The translations under genes were made by a program, and so were the position numbers. The notes beneath the pieces are model-generated. The model ran no database searches and was not told where the DNA came from. It saw only the letters and a program-made list of their open reading frames with translations. Positions 9,998 through 18,565 of a DNA stretch of 64,000 nucleotides are shown one piece after another; position 1 is the stretch's first letter; every line of letters starts with the position of its first letter. Source of the DNA: an uncultured Latescibacterota bacterium (GTDB lineage: Bacteria; Latescibacterota; UBA2968); NCBI GenBank assembly GCA_951812755.1, contig OX638329.1, positions 293,339 through 357,338 on the forward strand. Reading direction: 5' to 3'.

Positions 9998-10543
9998 TTA
10001 TTGACCTCCTATTCTATTCAGGTAGTACTCTCTTATGACCTTATTCGGTATGTGTGCATTTCTAAATCCATTCCTTCTTTTCCATGTTTTATCCCAGGGT
10101 GTGTCTTCTCTATGTGTTATATCAGAAAGCTGTAACCCTGTATATTCTCCGTAAACTTCCCAAATCTTATTTAATAAAGCACTGGGGAATTCATCGTTTG
10201 GATCTATCTTCGGAGTTATAGATTTTGTGTCGAGTTTTCCCCTATCATCATCGTATGAAAACTCAATATCTTTTGCAAACTCTGTTATTGGATCCCCACC
10301 AAAGCGTTTGAAATGATGGTAAAGTGATGGAAATACCGGACCATATTGCCAAGCCTCGGCGAACTCGTCGTCAACTAACGGAAGACCGTCAGACGAGTTA
10401 TCTCTTGCGGTGAAAGCGAGATGATACCCGTGAGCGATATACACAAGTTTTTGTATCATCAATGGTGTTATTTCAACACCATCCTTCTTACCAAGGTCTA
10501 AAAAGTAATTTGCCACAGCAAATGCAGAGTAACCCATATACAT
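9998..10543 (-). CDS. Panacea/SocA (DUF4065, GepA-like) antitoxin domain protein
   Basis: VANYFL, ITPLMIQKLVYIAHG, FAEAWQYGPVFPSLY, LSDITHREDTPW, IPNKVIREYY are hallmark DUF4065 motifs. Confidence 0.9.
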   Translation of the reverse strand: MYMGYSAFAVANYFLDLGKKDGVEITPLMIQKLVYIAHGYHLAFTARDNSSDGLPLVDDEFAEAWQYGPVFPSLYHHFKRFGGDPITEFAKDIEFSYDDDRGKLDTKSITPKIDPNDEFPSALLNKIWEVYGEYTGLQLSDITHREDTPWDKTWKRRNGFRNAHIPNKVIREYYLNRIGGQ

Positions 10544-10628
10544 CTCCTTGATTACTCTCTCATCAGAACGGGAGAGGGGGATTATTAGATTATATTATTT
10601 ATGTTATTATAGGGAATTGCGATATAAT

Positions 10629-10657
10629 AACATAGAAAGGAAGTGGGATCATGTCAA
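10629..10657 (-). promoter_or_regulatory. Putative sigma70 promoter of the Panacea operon
   Basis: On the minus strand: TTGACA (10657-10652), 17 bp, TATGTT (10634-10629). Confidence 0.5.
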
Positions 10658-10837
10658 GGAGTTTAACCAACGTTTCTAACGCTTCTAACGCGCCCAGATA
10701 TGCTAACGCTACGAACATACTAACCTACAAATCTACCGACGCCGTAACACCGGCATCATTGGCTATAGCCTTCTGATTTTTATTCAAAATTAAGTAATGA
10801 AACCACACTATTATGGAATAATTATTCGATTTATTAT

Positions 10838-10871
10838 TCTGCTACTTTAAGATATAACTTAAAGTAGCAGA
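10838..10871. repeat. Perfect 14-bp inverted repeat
   Basis: TCTGCTACTTTAAG-atataa-CTTAAAGTAGCAGA. Confidence 0.9.
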
Positions 10872-10958
10872 GACAAATTTGGAATTTTTATTTTGCGTAT
10901 GTAGATGGCGGCTTTAAGCAAAGAGGCCGGATGGCTCACAAGGGTAGTCCGGCTTTTC

Positions 10959-11249
10959 CTATGAATCTAACAGGCGCTCAAATTCATCGAGACTGGACAC
11001 CTGAACCGCCGCGCGGAGCAACTGCTTGAGGCGTTGCAAATCTTCGATAGTCGCAATGCGAGTAGATAGGGGGTCTGCTTCGTGCAGATCAAATCTCCAA
11101 CACTTCGAGGATATCTTCAATGGCGCATTGTCTGCCCCTGCTCAATACCTTCTTCAATGCCTTCTCGCTTAAATTGCTGAATAAGGGATGATTCGCGGAT
11201 GATATCCATGATGCCCTCCTTCAAAATAATATCAGAAATAGTTTCGGAT
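10959..11249 (-). pseudogene. Frameshifted C-terminal remnant of an Rpn/YhgA-like (PD-(D/E)XK 'transposase') family gene
   Basis: Hand translation across frameshifts: ETISDIILKEGIMDIIRESSLIQQFKREGIEEGIEQG / AIEDILEVLEI / DLHEADPLSTRIATIEDLQRLKQLLRAAVQVSSLDEFERLLDS*. The EGIEEGIEQG repeat and helical tail are typical of Rpn/DUF4351 C-termini. Confidence 0.7.
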
Positions 11250-11468
11250 ATGTCCTCAATATGCTGTATTGCACCCTTTTTTTTAACTTGAATTTGTGGA
11301 TCGTCTGTTTGGCGTAAAACAATCTCTGTATATTTTGAACGATAAATGGGCGGTCATGTGAAAGATATGTACCACTTGTCCATTTGTCCGCCGCGGTGGT
11401 TCTTGCGTAACATCAGTTATATTCAGGGTAGGTCAGAGTATTTTTTTGATTATAAGTCCTTTTTAGGG

Positions 11469-11556
11469 TTGACAGTACGCGAGTACTTTTACTATAATAA
11501 GCACGTCTTTACCACAACATTTTGTGCTCTTTTTTCGTTAATTACAAAATATTGTG
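11469..11556 (+). promoter_or_regulatory. Consensus sigma70 promoter followed by two NrdR-box-like operators
   Basis: TTGACA(11469)-18 bp-TATAAT(11493). CACAACATTTTGTG (11513-11526) and TACAAAATATTGTG (11543-11556) lie 30 bp apart and resemble the nrdA box CACCATATATTGTG. Confidence 0.7.
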
Positions 11557-11626
11557 GCGTAAATAAAAGCACAGCAATAATTTAAAGCGATTCTCCAATC
11601 GCTTTAAGACCTCCCCTCGTCTTCCC

Positions 11627-11724
11627 CTGACGGCTCCTTACGGTCCATCGCACTGGCGACCTTATTTTTTTTAGCTATATTCGACACAGTCATCTTTTCG
11701 GCAAAATGACCAGATTGCTCATCC
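11627..11724 (+). pseudogene. Collapsed remnant of an earlier AAA-ATPase cassette (three colinear blocks matching 12408-12457, 12577-12594 and 12772-12798)
   Basis: Exact matches ttcgacacagtcatcttt (18 nt) and tcggcaaaatgaccagattgctcatcc (27 nt), plus an imperfect ~50-nt block, in the same order. Confidence 0.75.
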
Positions 11725-11734
11725 GAATTTCACA

Positions 11735-12763
11735 ATGCCTGCTCTTGACAACATTACCATCAAGGGCTTCAAGAGCATCGGTTCTATTGAGAACTTGAAG
11801 CTCGGCCCAATTAACGTCTTGATCGGGCCGAATGGATCGGGCAAATCAAACTTCATTGAGGTCTTCTCCTTCCTGCGCGAAATCACCTCGGATAGGCTGA
11901 AGGATTATGTGAACCGCGCTGGTGGGGCCGACAAAATTCTGCATTTCGGTTCCAGAACAACTGAAGAACTGATCATTGACATCTCATTTGACGACATAGC
12001 AAATCGGTACACGATCAGGTTGCACGCAACGGATACCGACATGCTATATCTGTCTTCAGAGTCTGACCGCTTCTGGAACGCCCACTCGGATTCCGATATC
12101 CGCAACCATCCCGATAGGTGGCGCGTTTATCACTTCCATGACACAAGTTCCACATCGCCAATGCGGAAAACCGCCGATGTAAACGACAACCGTTATTTGC
12201 GATCCGATGCTTCCAACCTATCGGCGTTTCTGTACTACTTGCATGAGACGCATGAAGCGTCATACAACCTGATTCGCCGCACAGTGCAGCAGGTCGCGCC
12301 ATTTTTTGATGATTTTCTCCTCCAGCCGCTGGCACTAAACAACGACAAAATCCACCTCGAATGGCGTCACAAGAAATCCGAAGCGTACTTTGATGCTTCT
12401 TCGCTCTCTGACGGCTCCCTGCGATTTATCGCACTGGCGACCTTATTTCTTCAGCCAGAGCCGCTTCGTCCATCCATTATTCTATTGGACGAGCCAGAAC
12501 TTGGACTACACCCCTATGCGACCGCCATGTTGGCTTCGCTTGTAAAACAGGCATCCGTCAAGACTCAGGTCATTCTTTCGACACAGTCATCTTTGCTAAT
12601 CGATCACTTCCAACCAGAAGATGTGCTCGTGGCTGAACGGGTAGATGGACAAACGCAATTCACAAGGCTCAACGCAATTCGCCTGAAAACATGGTTAGAG
12701 GACTACAGCCTCGGCCAACTCTGGGAAAAAAATGAGATAGGTGGGCGTCCCGTAGTGGAGTAG
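11735..12763 (+). CDS. ABC/AAA_21-type ATPase (COG4637-like)
   Basis: Walker [10 protein letters not shown], signature LSDGSLR, Walker B ILLDEPELGLHP, STQS, and C-terminal YSLGQLWEKNEIGGRP. Confidence 0.9.
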   Translation: MPALDNITIKGFKSIGSIENLKLGPINVLIGPNGSGKSNFIEVFSFLREITSDRLKDYVNRAGGADKILHFGSRTTEELIIDISFDDIANRYTIRLHATDTDMLYLSSESDRFWNAHSDSDIRNHPDRWRVYHFHDTSSTSPMRKTADVNDNRYLRSDASNLSAFLYYLHETHEASYNLIRRTVQQVAPFFDDFLLQPLALNNDKIHLEWRHKKSEAYFDASSLSDGSLRFIALATLFLQPEPLRPSIILLDEPELGLHPYATAMLASLVKQASVKTQVILSTQSSLLIDHFQPEDVLVAERVDGQTQFTRLNAIRLKTWLEDYSLGQLWEKNEIGGRPVVE

Positions 12764-12779
12764 ATAGAGAATCGGCAAA

Positions 12780-12824
12780 ATGACCAGATTGCTCATCCTT
12801 GCGCTCGCTAAACTGATTAACTGA
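12780..12824 (+). pseudogene. Truncated start of a probable DUF4276 partner gene
   Basis: MTRLLILALAKLIN* lies 16 bp after the ATPase stop. MTRLLI resembles DUF4276 N-termini, but the catalytic VEG is missing. Confidence 0.45.
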
Positions 12825-12972
12825 CATTACACACAGTAGTTAAAAAACGAAAAACCAAACTATTACAGGGGATTGAGGTTCGACTCTCCTTGTTTTCTCC
12901 GTTCTTAGTTCCGTTGCTATCTCCTTAAAATGGATCAGTATTAAATCTACGAGTTTCATTAGGGAGGTTAAT

Positions 12973-13074
12973 ATGAAAAATTTGGCTGTTTTTATTAGTG
13001 CGATTTCTGAAATAGCATGTACTATAATATGTACTATCGGAGTTAACATCCTGGGGAGTCCCCTGTCTCAATAA
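12973..13074 (+). CDS. Small hydrophobic peptide (33 aa), candidate type I toxin or leader peptide
   Basis: AGGGAGG RBS; MKNLAVFISAISEIACTIICTIGVNILGSPLSQ*; upstream CTATCTCCTTAA can pair with the RBS. Confidence 0.4.
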   Translation: MKNLAVFISAISEIACTIICTIGVNILGSPLSQ

Positions 13075-13134
13075 GCTATTTAACAGGCAATGCCATTCTG
13101 CTTAAAGATGCGTAATGTCAGTGACTAAAAAGAG

Positions 13135-14406
13135 ATGAACCTAACAACTTCACAATACACAGCACCGGCGCGGATCGAGTATTTGAAGGTGCAGAACTTT
13201 CGTGCGTTGCGGGAAGTTGAGTTCAAGGAATTGACACCGCTGACTGTGTTGCTCGGTCCCAATGGCAGCGGGAAATCAACAGTATTTGACGTATTTGCGT
13301 TTCTATCGGAATGCTTTGAGTCGGGTTTGCGTCGCGCCTGGGATCAACGTGGCCGTGCCAAAGAACTGCGGACGCGCGGCAACATCGATCCCGTTGTCAT
13401 CGAACTCAAGTACCGCGAACAGCCGGGCACGCGTCTGATCACTTATCACCTGGCTATTGACGAAGACCGCAACCGCCCCGTTGTCAAGGAGGAATGGTTA
13501 CAATGGCGGCGCGGCCAACACGGCAGACCATTCCGATTTCTCGATTATCGCGAGGGACAGGGCAGAGCGGTCAGCGGTGAGCAACCCGACGAATTGGACA
13601 CGCTTTACTCGGGACCGATCCAATTAGACCCGCGCAACGAGGTACCGCTCCAATCGCCCGACCTGCTGGCAGTCAATGCCCTGGGGCAATTTGCCGATCA
13701 CCCGCGCGTAGCAGCACTGCGCGACTTCATCACCGGATGGCATGTGTCATACCTCTCGGCAGACAGCGCACGAGGCCAGCCCGAAGCAGGACCTCAAGAG
13801 CGACTGTCTAAGAGCGGCGACAACCTTGCCAATGTCATACAGCACCTTGCAGAACAATACCCCGAGCGACTTAACCAGATCTTTGAGGTGCTACGCCAGC
13901 GGGTGCCGCGCATTGAGCGCGTGCTATCAGAAGTCATGCCCGATGGTCGCTTGTTGTTGCAAATTAAGGACGCACCGTTCAGCAACCCGGTGCTGGCGCG
14001 ATTCGCTTCTGATGGCACATTGAAAATACTGGCTTACCTGGTGCTATTATACGACCCCGAACCGCCGCCCTTCATCGGCATCGAAGAGCCGGAAAACTTC
14101 TTGCACCCTCGATTGCTTCCGGAACTTGCCGAAGAATGCCGTGCGGCCTGCGAGCGCACGCAGTTATTGGCGACCACGCATTCGCCATTTTTCCTGAACG
14201 CACTGCGTCCCAAAGAGGTCCGCGTCCTCTGGCGCGACGCGGAGGGGTACACACAAACACGCCGAGTCGCAGATATACCCGGCATACCGGAATTTGTCGA
14301 AGAGGGTGCATATCTTGGCCATCTATGGATGGAAGGATATTTCAATCTGGGAGACCCGCTGGACAGACATGGTGAACCGACTCCTCCTCTGGAGGGACGC
14401 GGGTGA
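13135..14406 (+). CDS. ABC/AAA_21-type ATPase
   Basis: [33 protein letters not shown]. Confidence 0.92.
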   Translation: MNLTTSQYTAPARIEYLKVQNFRALREVEFKELTPLTVLLGPNGSGKSTVFDVFAFLSECFESGLRRAWDQRGRAKELRTRGNIDPVVIELKYREQPGTRLITYHLAIDEDRNRPVVKEEWLQWRRGQHGRPFRFLDYREGQGRAVSGEQPDELDTLYSGPIQLDPRNEVPLQSPDLLAVNALGQFADHPRVAALRDFITGWHVSYLSADSARGQPEAGPQERLSKSGDNLANVIQHLAEQYPERLNQIFEVLRQRVPRIERVLSEVMPDGRLLLQIKDAPFSNPVLARFASDGTLKILAYLVLLYDPEPPPFIGIEEPENFLHPRLLPELAEECRAACERTQLLATTHSPFFLNALRPKEVRVLWRDAEGYTQTRRVADIPGIPEFVEEGAYLGHLWMEGYFNLGDPLDRHGEPTPPLEGRG

Positions 14407-15023
14407 TGACGGCACAACATCTGGAATTACTCGTTGAAGAACCCTCAATGGAGGCCTTCTTGCGAGAGCTATTGCCGCGTATGCTGCCTGCGGAATGCAC
14501 ATTCAAAATTCATCCGTTTCAGGGGAAGCCAGACCTGTTGGACAAGTTGCAAAATCGTCTGCGAGCCTATGCAAAATGGTTACCCGACAACTATCGCATC
14601 TTCGTAATCGTTGACCGCGATAACGACAACTGCGAACAATTAAAACAAAAACTTGAAAACATTGCTTCTCGGACTCAACTGCTCACCCGCTCACAGGCCC
14701 GTAGTCGTCTCTGGCAACTGGTCAACCGTATCGCCATTGAAGAACTGGAGGCATGGTACTTTGGTGACTGGCAGGCGGTGTGTAATGCCTATCCGAGGGT
14801 TTCAAAAAAAATTCCAAATCAGGCACGCTATCGCCACCCCGATGCAATCCGCGGAGGCACATGGGAAGCTTTCGAACGCATCCTGAAGCGACATGGCTAC
14901 TTTAAAACTGGACTACGCAAAGTGGAGGCTGCCAGAGACGTTGGCATTCATATTGATTCTAATCGTAGCCGTTCGCACAGTTTTGTGAAATTCCGCGAAG
15001 CCATCATTGAGGCAACTGCTTGA
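14403..15023 (+). CDS. DUF4276 family protein (TOPRIM-like)
   Basis: LLVEEPSME acidic motif, IVDRD (DxD), [17 protein letters not shown] overlap with the ATPase stop. Confidence 0.85.
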   Translation: MMTAQHLELLVEEPSMEAFLRELLPRMLPAECTFKIHPFQGKPDLLDKLQNRLRAYAKWLPDNYRIFVIVDRDNDNCEQLKQKLENIASRTQLLTRSQARSRLWQLVNRIAIEELEAWYFGDWQAVCNAYPRVSKKIPNQARYRHPDAIRGGTWEAFERILKRHGYFKTGLRKVEAARDVGIHIDSNRSRSHSFVKFREAIIEATA

Positions 15024-15061
15024 ACCATTATTGTATCTCATTTTTTTAAAGGAGTTGTAAT

Positions 15062-16249
15062 ATGTCTAAGCTCATATTTGAAGACGAAGACGTTGAAAGT
15101 CAAGCAAATATGGACTACAAGGATGGTGGTCACGCGGAGCAAAACGGCATTCATGCGTCCGTTGAAGCGGATAATACTGACGTACCCTCCGCGCTGTGTT
15201 GTGGTGCCACTGGCGAGGCGTATGACCTGACCAGGCGCATCAACCCGGAAGACAAGCGATTGCTCAACTGCCGGCAGGTGGATGTAAACCAGTTGATGCC
15301 CCTCAAATACGAATGGGCATGGGAACACTATCTCAACGGATGTGCCAATCACTGGATGCCGACAGAAGTACCGATGCAGCGCGACATAGAACTCTGGCGT
15401 TCAAATGCCCTGAACGACGCCGAGCGAAAAGTCATCTTGAGAAACCTCGGATTCTTCAGCACGGGCGAAAGCCTCGTCGGTAACAACATCGTACTCGCCA
15501 TCTTCAAACACATCACAAACTCCGAAGCGCGACAATACCTCTTGCGCCAGGCATTTGAAGAAGCCATACACACCCACACATTCCACTACATCGTCGAATC
15601 CCTGGGCCTGAACGCACGCGAAGTATTCAACATGTATCACGAAGTCTCGTCCATCGAAGGCAAAGACAAATTCGTGATGGAACTAACCGAAGACGTGTTA
15701 GATCCCAACTTCTCAACACAAAGCATTGAAGGCATGCAGAAATTCGTGAAAAATCTCGTCGGATTTTACGTCATCATGGAAGGCATATTCTTTTACAGCG
15801 GCTTTGTCATGATCCTCTCCTTCCATCGGCAAAACCGCATGACCGGCATTGGCGAACAATTCCAGTACATCTTGCGCGACGAGACCATTCATCTGAATTT
15901 TGGCATTGACTTAATCAACACCATCAAATCGGAAAACCCAGAAATCTGGACAACGGAACTGCAACGCGACATCTACGACCTCATCCACGAAGCCGTGGAA
16001 TACGAAGTAATCTATGCACGGGATTGTGTGCCCGACGGCGTACTGGGCCTCAATGAAGACTTATTCCGCGAATACGTGCAATTCATCGCCGACCGTCGGT
16101 TGGAACGAATCGGCCTGCAAAGCGTATATGGATCAAAGAATCCTTTCCCGTGGATGGGAGAAACCATTGACATCGCAAAAGAAAAGAACTTCTTTGAAAC
16201 GCGCGTAACAGATTATCAAAGCGCGGGATCCTTACAGTGGGATGATTAA
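15062..16249 (+). CDS. nrdB: Ribonucleotide reductase beta subunit, class Ic (R2c, Mn/Fe) type
   Basis: [12 protein letters not shown] (Glu as first ligand), EEAIHTHTF (Phe at the radical-Tyr position), [35 protein letters not shown]. Confidence 0.95.
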   Translation: MSKLIFEDEDVESQANMDYKDGGHAEQNGIHASVEADNTDVPSALCCGATGEAYDLTRRINPEDKRLLNCRQVDVNQLMPLKYEWAWEHYLNGCANHWMPTEVPMQRDIELWRSNALNDAERKVILRNLGFFSTGESLVGNNIVLAIFKHITNSEARQYLLRQAFEEAIHTHTFHYIVESLGLNAREVFNMYHEVSSIEGKDKFVMELTEDVLDPNFSTQSIEGMQKFVKNLVGFYVIMEGIFFYSGFVMILSFHRQNRMTGIGEQFQYILRDETIHLNFGIDLINTIKSENPEIWTTELQRDIYDLIHEAVEYEVIYARDCVPDGVLGLNEDLFREYVQFIADRRLERIGLQSVYGSKNPFPWMGETIDIAKEKNFFETRVTDYQSAGSLQWDD

Positions 16250-16309
16250 CCCTAAAACTTTGACAGGAATTTATTCAGGCTGACGGGGGAAGGGAAATCA
16301 GAGCCTGGT

Positions 16310-16348
16310 ACAGGGTGGGAGACAAACGTCTTCCACCCTGTTTTTTTT
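16310..16348 (+). terminator. Intrinsic terminator after nrdB
   Basis: ACAGGGTGGGAGAC-aaac-GTCTTCCACCCTGT followed by a T8 run. Confidence 0.85.
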
Positions 16349-17600
16349 ACTGATCAGACATGGGAAAAGCCATAACCTCGCCTATAGAAGATGCCCCTGT
16401 AAGAAGCATAACCAGACGATCCACCCCAAGCGCAATACCGCCAGAAGGCGGCATCCCGTATTCGAGAGCCGAAAGAAAACGCTCGTCAATTGGATAAGCC
16501 GCATTCCCCTCCCTCACGCGCTGGGTGGCCTCCTCTTCCAAACGCTGGCGTTGCTCATCCGGATCGTTCAACTCTGTAAACGCATTGCACAACTCCATCC
16601 CCGCAATATAAACCTCAAACCGCTCTGCCAGATCTGGCGCGCTGGACTTGCGTTTGGCAAGCGCTGCCATCGGCGCGGGATAATCGTACAAAATCGCTGG
16701 CTTTTGCACACCCAGATGTGGCTCAACCCGATCGAGAAACACCTTGAAAAACGCGACGTCCGGCGGATCATCCTCATCAACTGTCACATGCCCCGCCTGC
16801 CTGATAAACGCGGCAGTATCCGAATACGGATCAGCGCGAATACCCGCATAGCGCAACATCGCCTCCCGCACAGAAATACGCTCCCACGGCGGCGTCAGAT
16901 CAACCGCGTACTGACCCGTCCGCACAACAGGCTCTCCATATAAATCTGTTGCAAGTCCGGCAATCAAATACTCAGTATCCACCATAATATCAGTATAATC
17001 CGCGTACGCCCGATACCACTCCAGCATCGTAAACTCAGGCGTATGCATCCTGCCAACAGGCTCGTGCCGAAACACCTTGCAAATCTGGTATATCCGTTCA
17101 AAACCAGCCGCGAGCAGGCGCTTCATCGCATACTCAGGCGAAGTATGCAGATAAAACTGCCGCATCTCATACGCCGTCTGAAACGCCTCGAGATGCGGCT
17201 CCATACCCGGTTGCGACACCATCAGAGGCGTCTCAACCTCCACAAAACCCTTCTCATCAAAAAATCGACGAATCCCCGCAATAATTTTGGCGCGCTTGCG
17301 CAAATTCGTCTGCACGACCTGGGATAAAGACACATCCGCACCACGGGACGGCACCAGCACCCGCAGCCCTGTAGCAGAAAAAACATCGCCTTCAAGACAA
17401 CCCTCAACCTCCACAATATCTCCAGTCTTTGCCTCGGTAGCAGTATTAAAACACAGGCACACCCTTCCCGTCTCATCGGAAAGCGCATCTCGCTCCACAA
17501 GACGCCCGGCCACAACCGCAAACTCACCCGCCTGCAGATCACAGACCCGATGCGTACGCTTACATCGTGCGGGATATTGGGGAGATGGATAATCGCGCAT
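16347..17600 (-). CDS. epmA: EF-P lysine aminoacylase (EpmA/GenX/PoxA) with an N-terminal OB-fold-like extension
   Basis: YLHTSPEYAMKRLLAAG, FRHEPVGRMHTPEFTMLEWYR, ERFEVYIAGMELCNAF, GIALGVDRLVM. Confidence 0.88.
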   Translation of the reverse strand: MRDYPSPQYPARCKRTHRVCDLQAGEFAVVAGRLVERDALSDETGRVCLCFNTATEAKTGDIVEVEGCLEGDVFSATGLRVLVPSRGADVSLSQVVQTNLRKRAKIIAGIRRFFDEKGFVEVETPLMVSQPGMEPHLEAFQTAYEMRQFYLHTSPEYAMKRLLAAGFERIYQICKVFRHEPVGRMHTPEFTMLEWYRAYADYTDIMVDTEYLIAGLATDLYGEPVVRTGQYAVDLTPPWERISVREAMLRYAGIRADPYSDTAAFIRQAGHVTVDEDDPPDVAFFKVFLDRVEPHLGVQKPAILYDYPAPMAALAKRKSSAPDLAERFEVYIAGMELCNAFTELNDPDEQRQRLEEEATQRVREGNAAYPIDERFLSALEYGMPPSGGIALGVDRLVMLLTGASSIGEVMAFPMSDQ

Positions 17601-17710
17601 GAATATTGTCCTTAGAAGTCGATTGACGACCAAATATGGTCCTATATATTACGTGTTATCGCCTCTTTAACACAAAAATTTAACTACCCCCGCAAACAAA
17701 AGGAACCACC

Positions 17711-18556
17711 ATGCGACCGTACATCTGTTGTCACAACCACATTGGACGAACCATTAACCGCGTCCCCACCGTCGGACAAAACGCCCAAATGTGCTTATCC
17801 CGCTTCGCCGAAACCAATATTTACGCAACCATATCAATGCCAACAGCCGTGGGAAGCCCAATCACCCGGGGAATACAAGACATACGGGAACAAAACGAAG
17901 CCATTGCCCGCGCGTGCAAAAAATTTCCAGACGTATTTCCCATAGGCATGGCACTCATCGAGCCGCGATTCGGCGAACTCGGCATCGATGAAGCCGAAAA
18001 AGCCCTGGACGACCTGGGCCTCGTTGGAATAGCCGGACACCCCCCAATGAAAGAAGAAATCCTCCCCATGGTAGAAGTCGCAGCCGCGCGAAACGGACTG
18101 TGCAACCTGCACTGGCACGACAACTTGATGGACCGCACCGCCCGAACCTTTCCGAATGCACAATTTATCGTACACGCCAGCACATGGGCCGCGGAAAACC
18201 TATCACAACACGATAATCTCTGGTTCGAAGTCGTACAATACCCCGACGGACGGAACTCCACCTGGGACTTCAAATGGTTCGCCGACAAAGTCGGACGCGA
18301 GCGACTCATCTTTGGCGCGGACCTGCCCTATTACGACTATCGCTTTCTCCAGCGCGTAATAGAAAAAGCCGACTGCGACGACGACTTGAAAGATCGAATT
18401 GCCCATCGAAATGTCATGACCCTGATCAAACACTACAAACCAGACTGGACATTGCCGACACATCCGCCTCAAGCACCCCGCGTGTACGATCCAGAGCTAC
18501 TCTGGGCGTGCAGATCAGATCAGACAGATCGGTTGACCGTGGATATCTTGCCCTGA
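17711..18556 (+). CDS. Amidohydrolase_2 family metal-dependent hydrolase
   Basis: N-terminal CCHNHIG, IVHA, RLIFGADLPY; AAAGGA RBS. Confidence 0.75.
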   Translation: MRPYICCHNHIGRTINRVPTVGQNAQMCLSRFAETNIYATISMPTAVGSPITRGIQDIREQNEAIARACKKFPDVFPIGMALIEPRFGELGIDEAEKALDDLGLVGIAGHPPMKEEILPMVEVAAARNGLCNLHWHDNLMDRTARTFPNAQFIVHASTWAAENLSQHDNLWFEVVQYPDGRNSTWDFKWFADKVGRERLIFGADLPYYDYRFLQRVIEKADCDDDLKDRIAHRNVMTLIKHYKPDWTLPTHPPQAPRVYDPELLWACRSDQTDRLTVDILP

Positions 18557-18565
18557 GGCACAAAA

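Noticed and set aside
10651..10776. AAC-rich 41-codon ORF resembling a DGR template repeat
   Set aside because: No reverse transcriptase and no matching variable repeat in the window; the ATG overlaps the opposite-strand -35 box.
11346..11585. 79-aa ORF
   Set aside because: Overlaps the promoter/operator region, has no RBS and no recognisable features.
12866..12895. GGTTCGACTC T-loop-like motif suggesting a tRNA or att site
   Set aside because: No 5-bp T stem, acceptor stem or cloverleaf could be built.
9162..15061. Integron cassette array or prophage
   Set aside because: No integrase or phage genes; isolated RYYYAAC words lack matching GTTRRRY attC structure.
16347..17633. Canonical lysyl-tRNA synthetase
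   Set aside because: The catalytic motifs (TSPE..MKRLL, LEWYR) are EpmA-type and the protein is shorter than LysRS.
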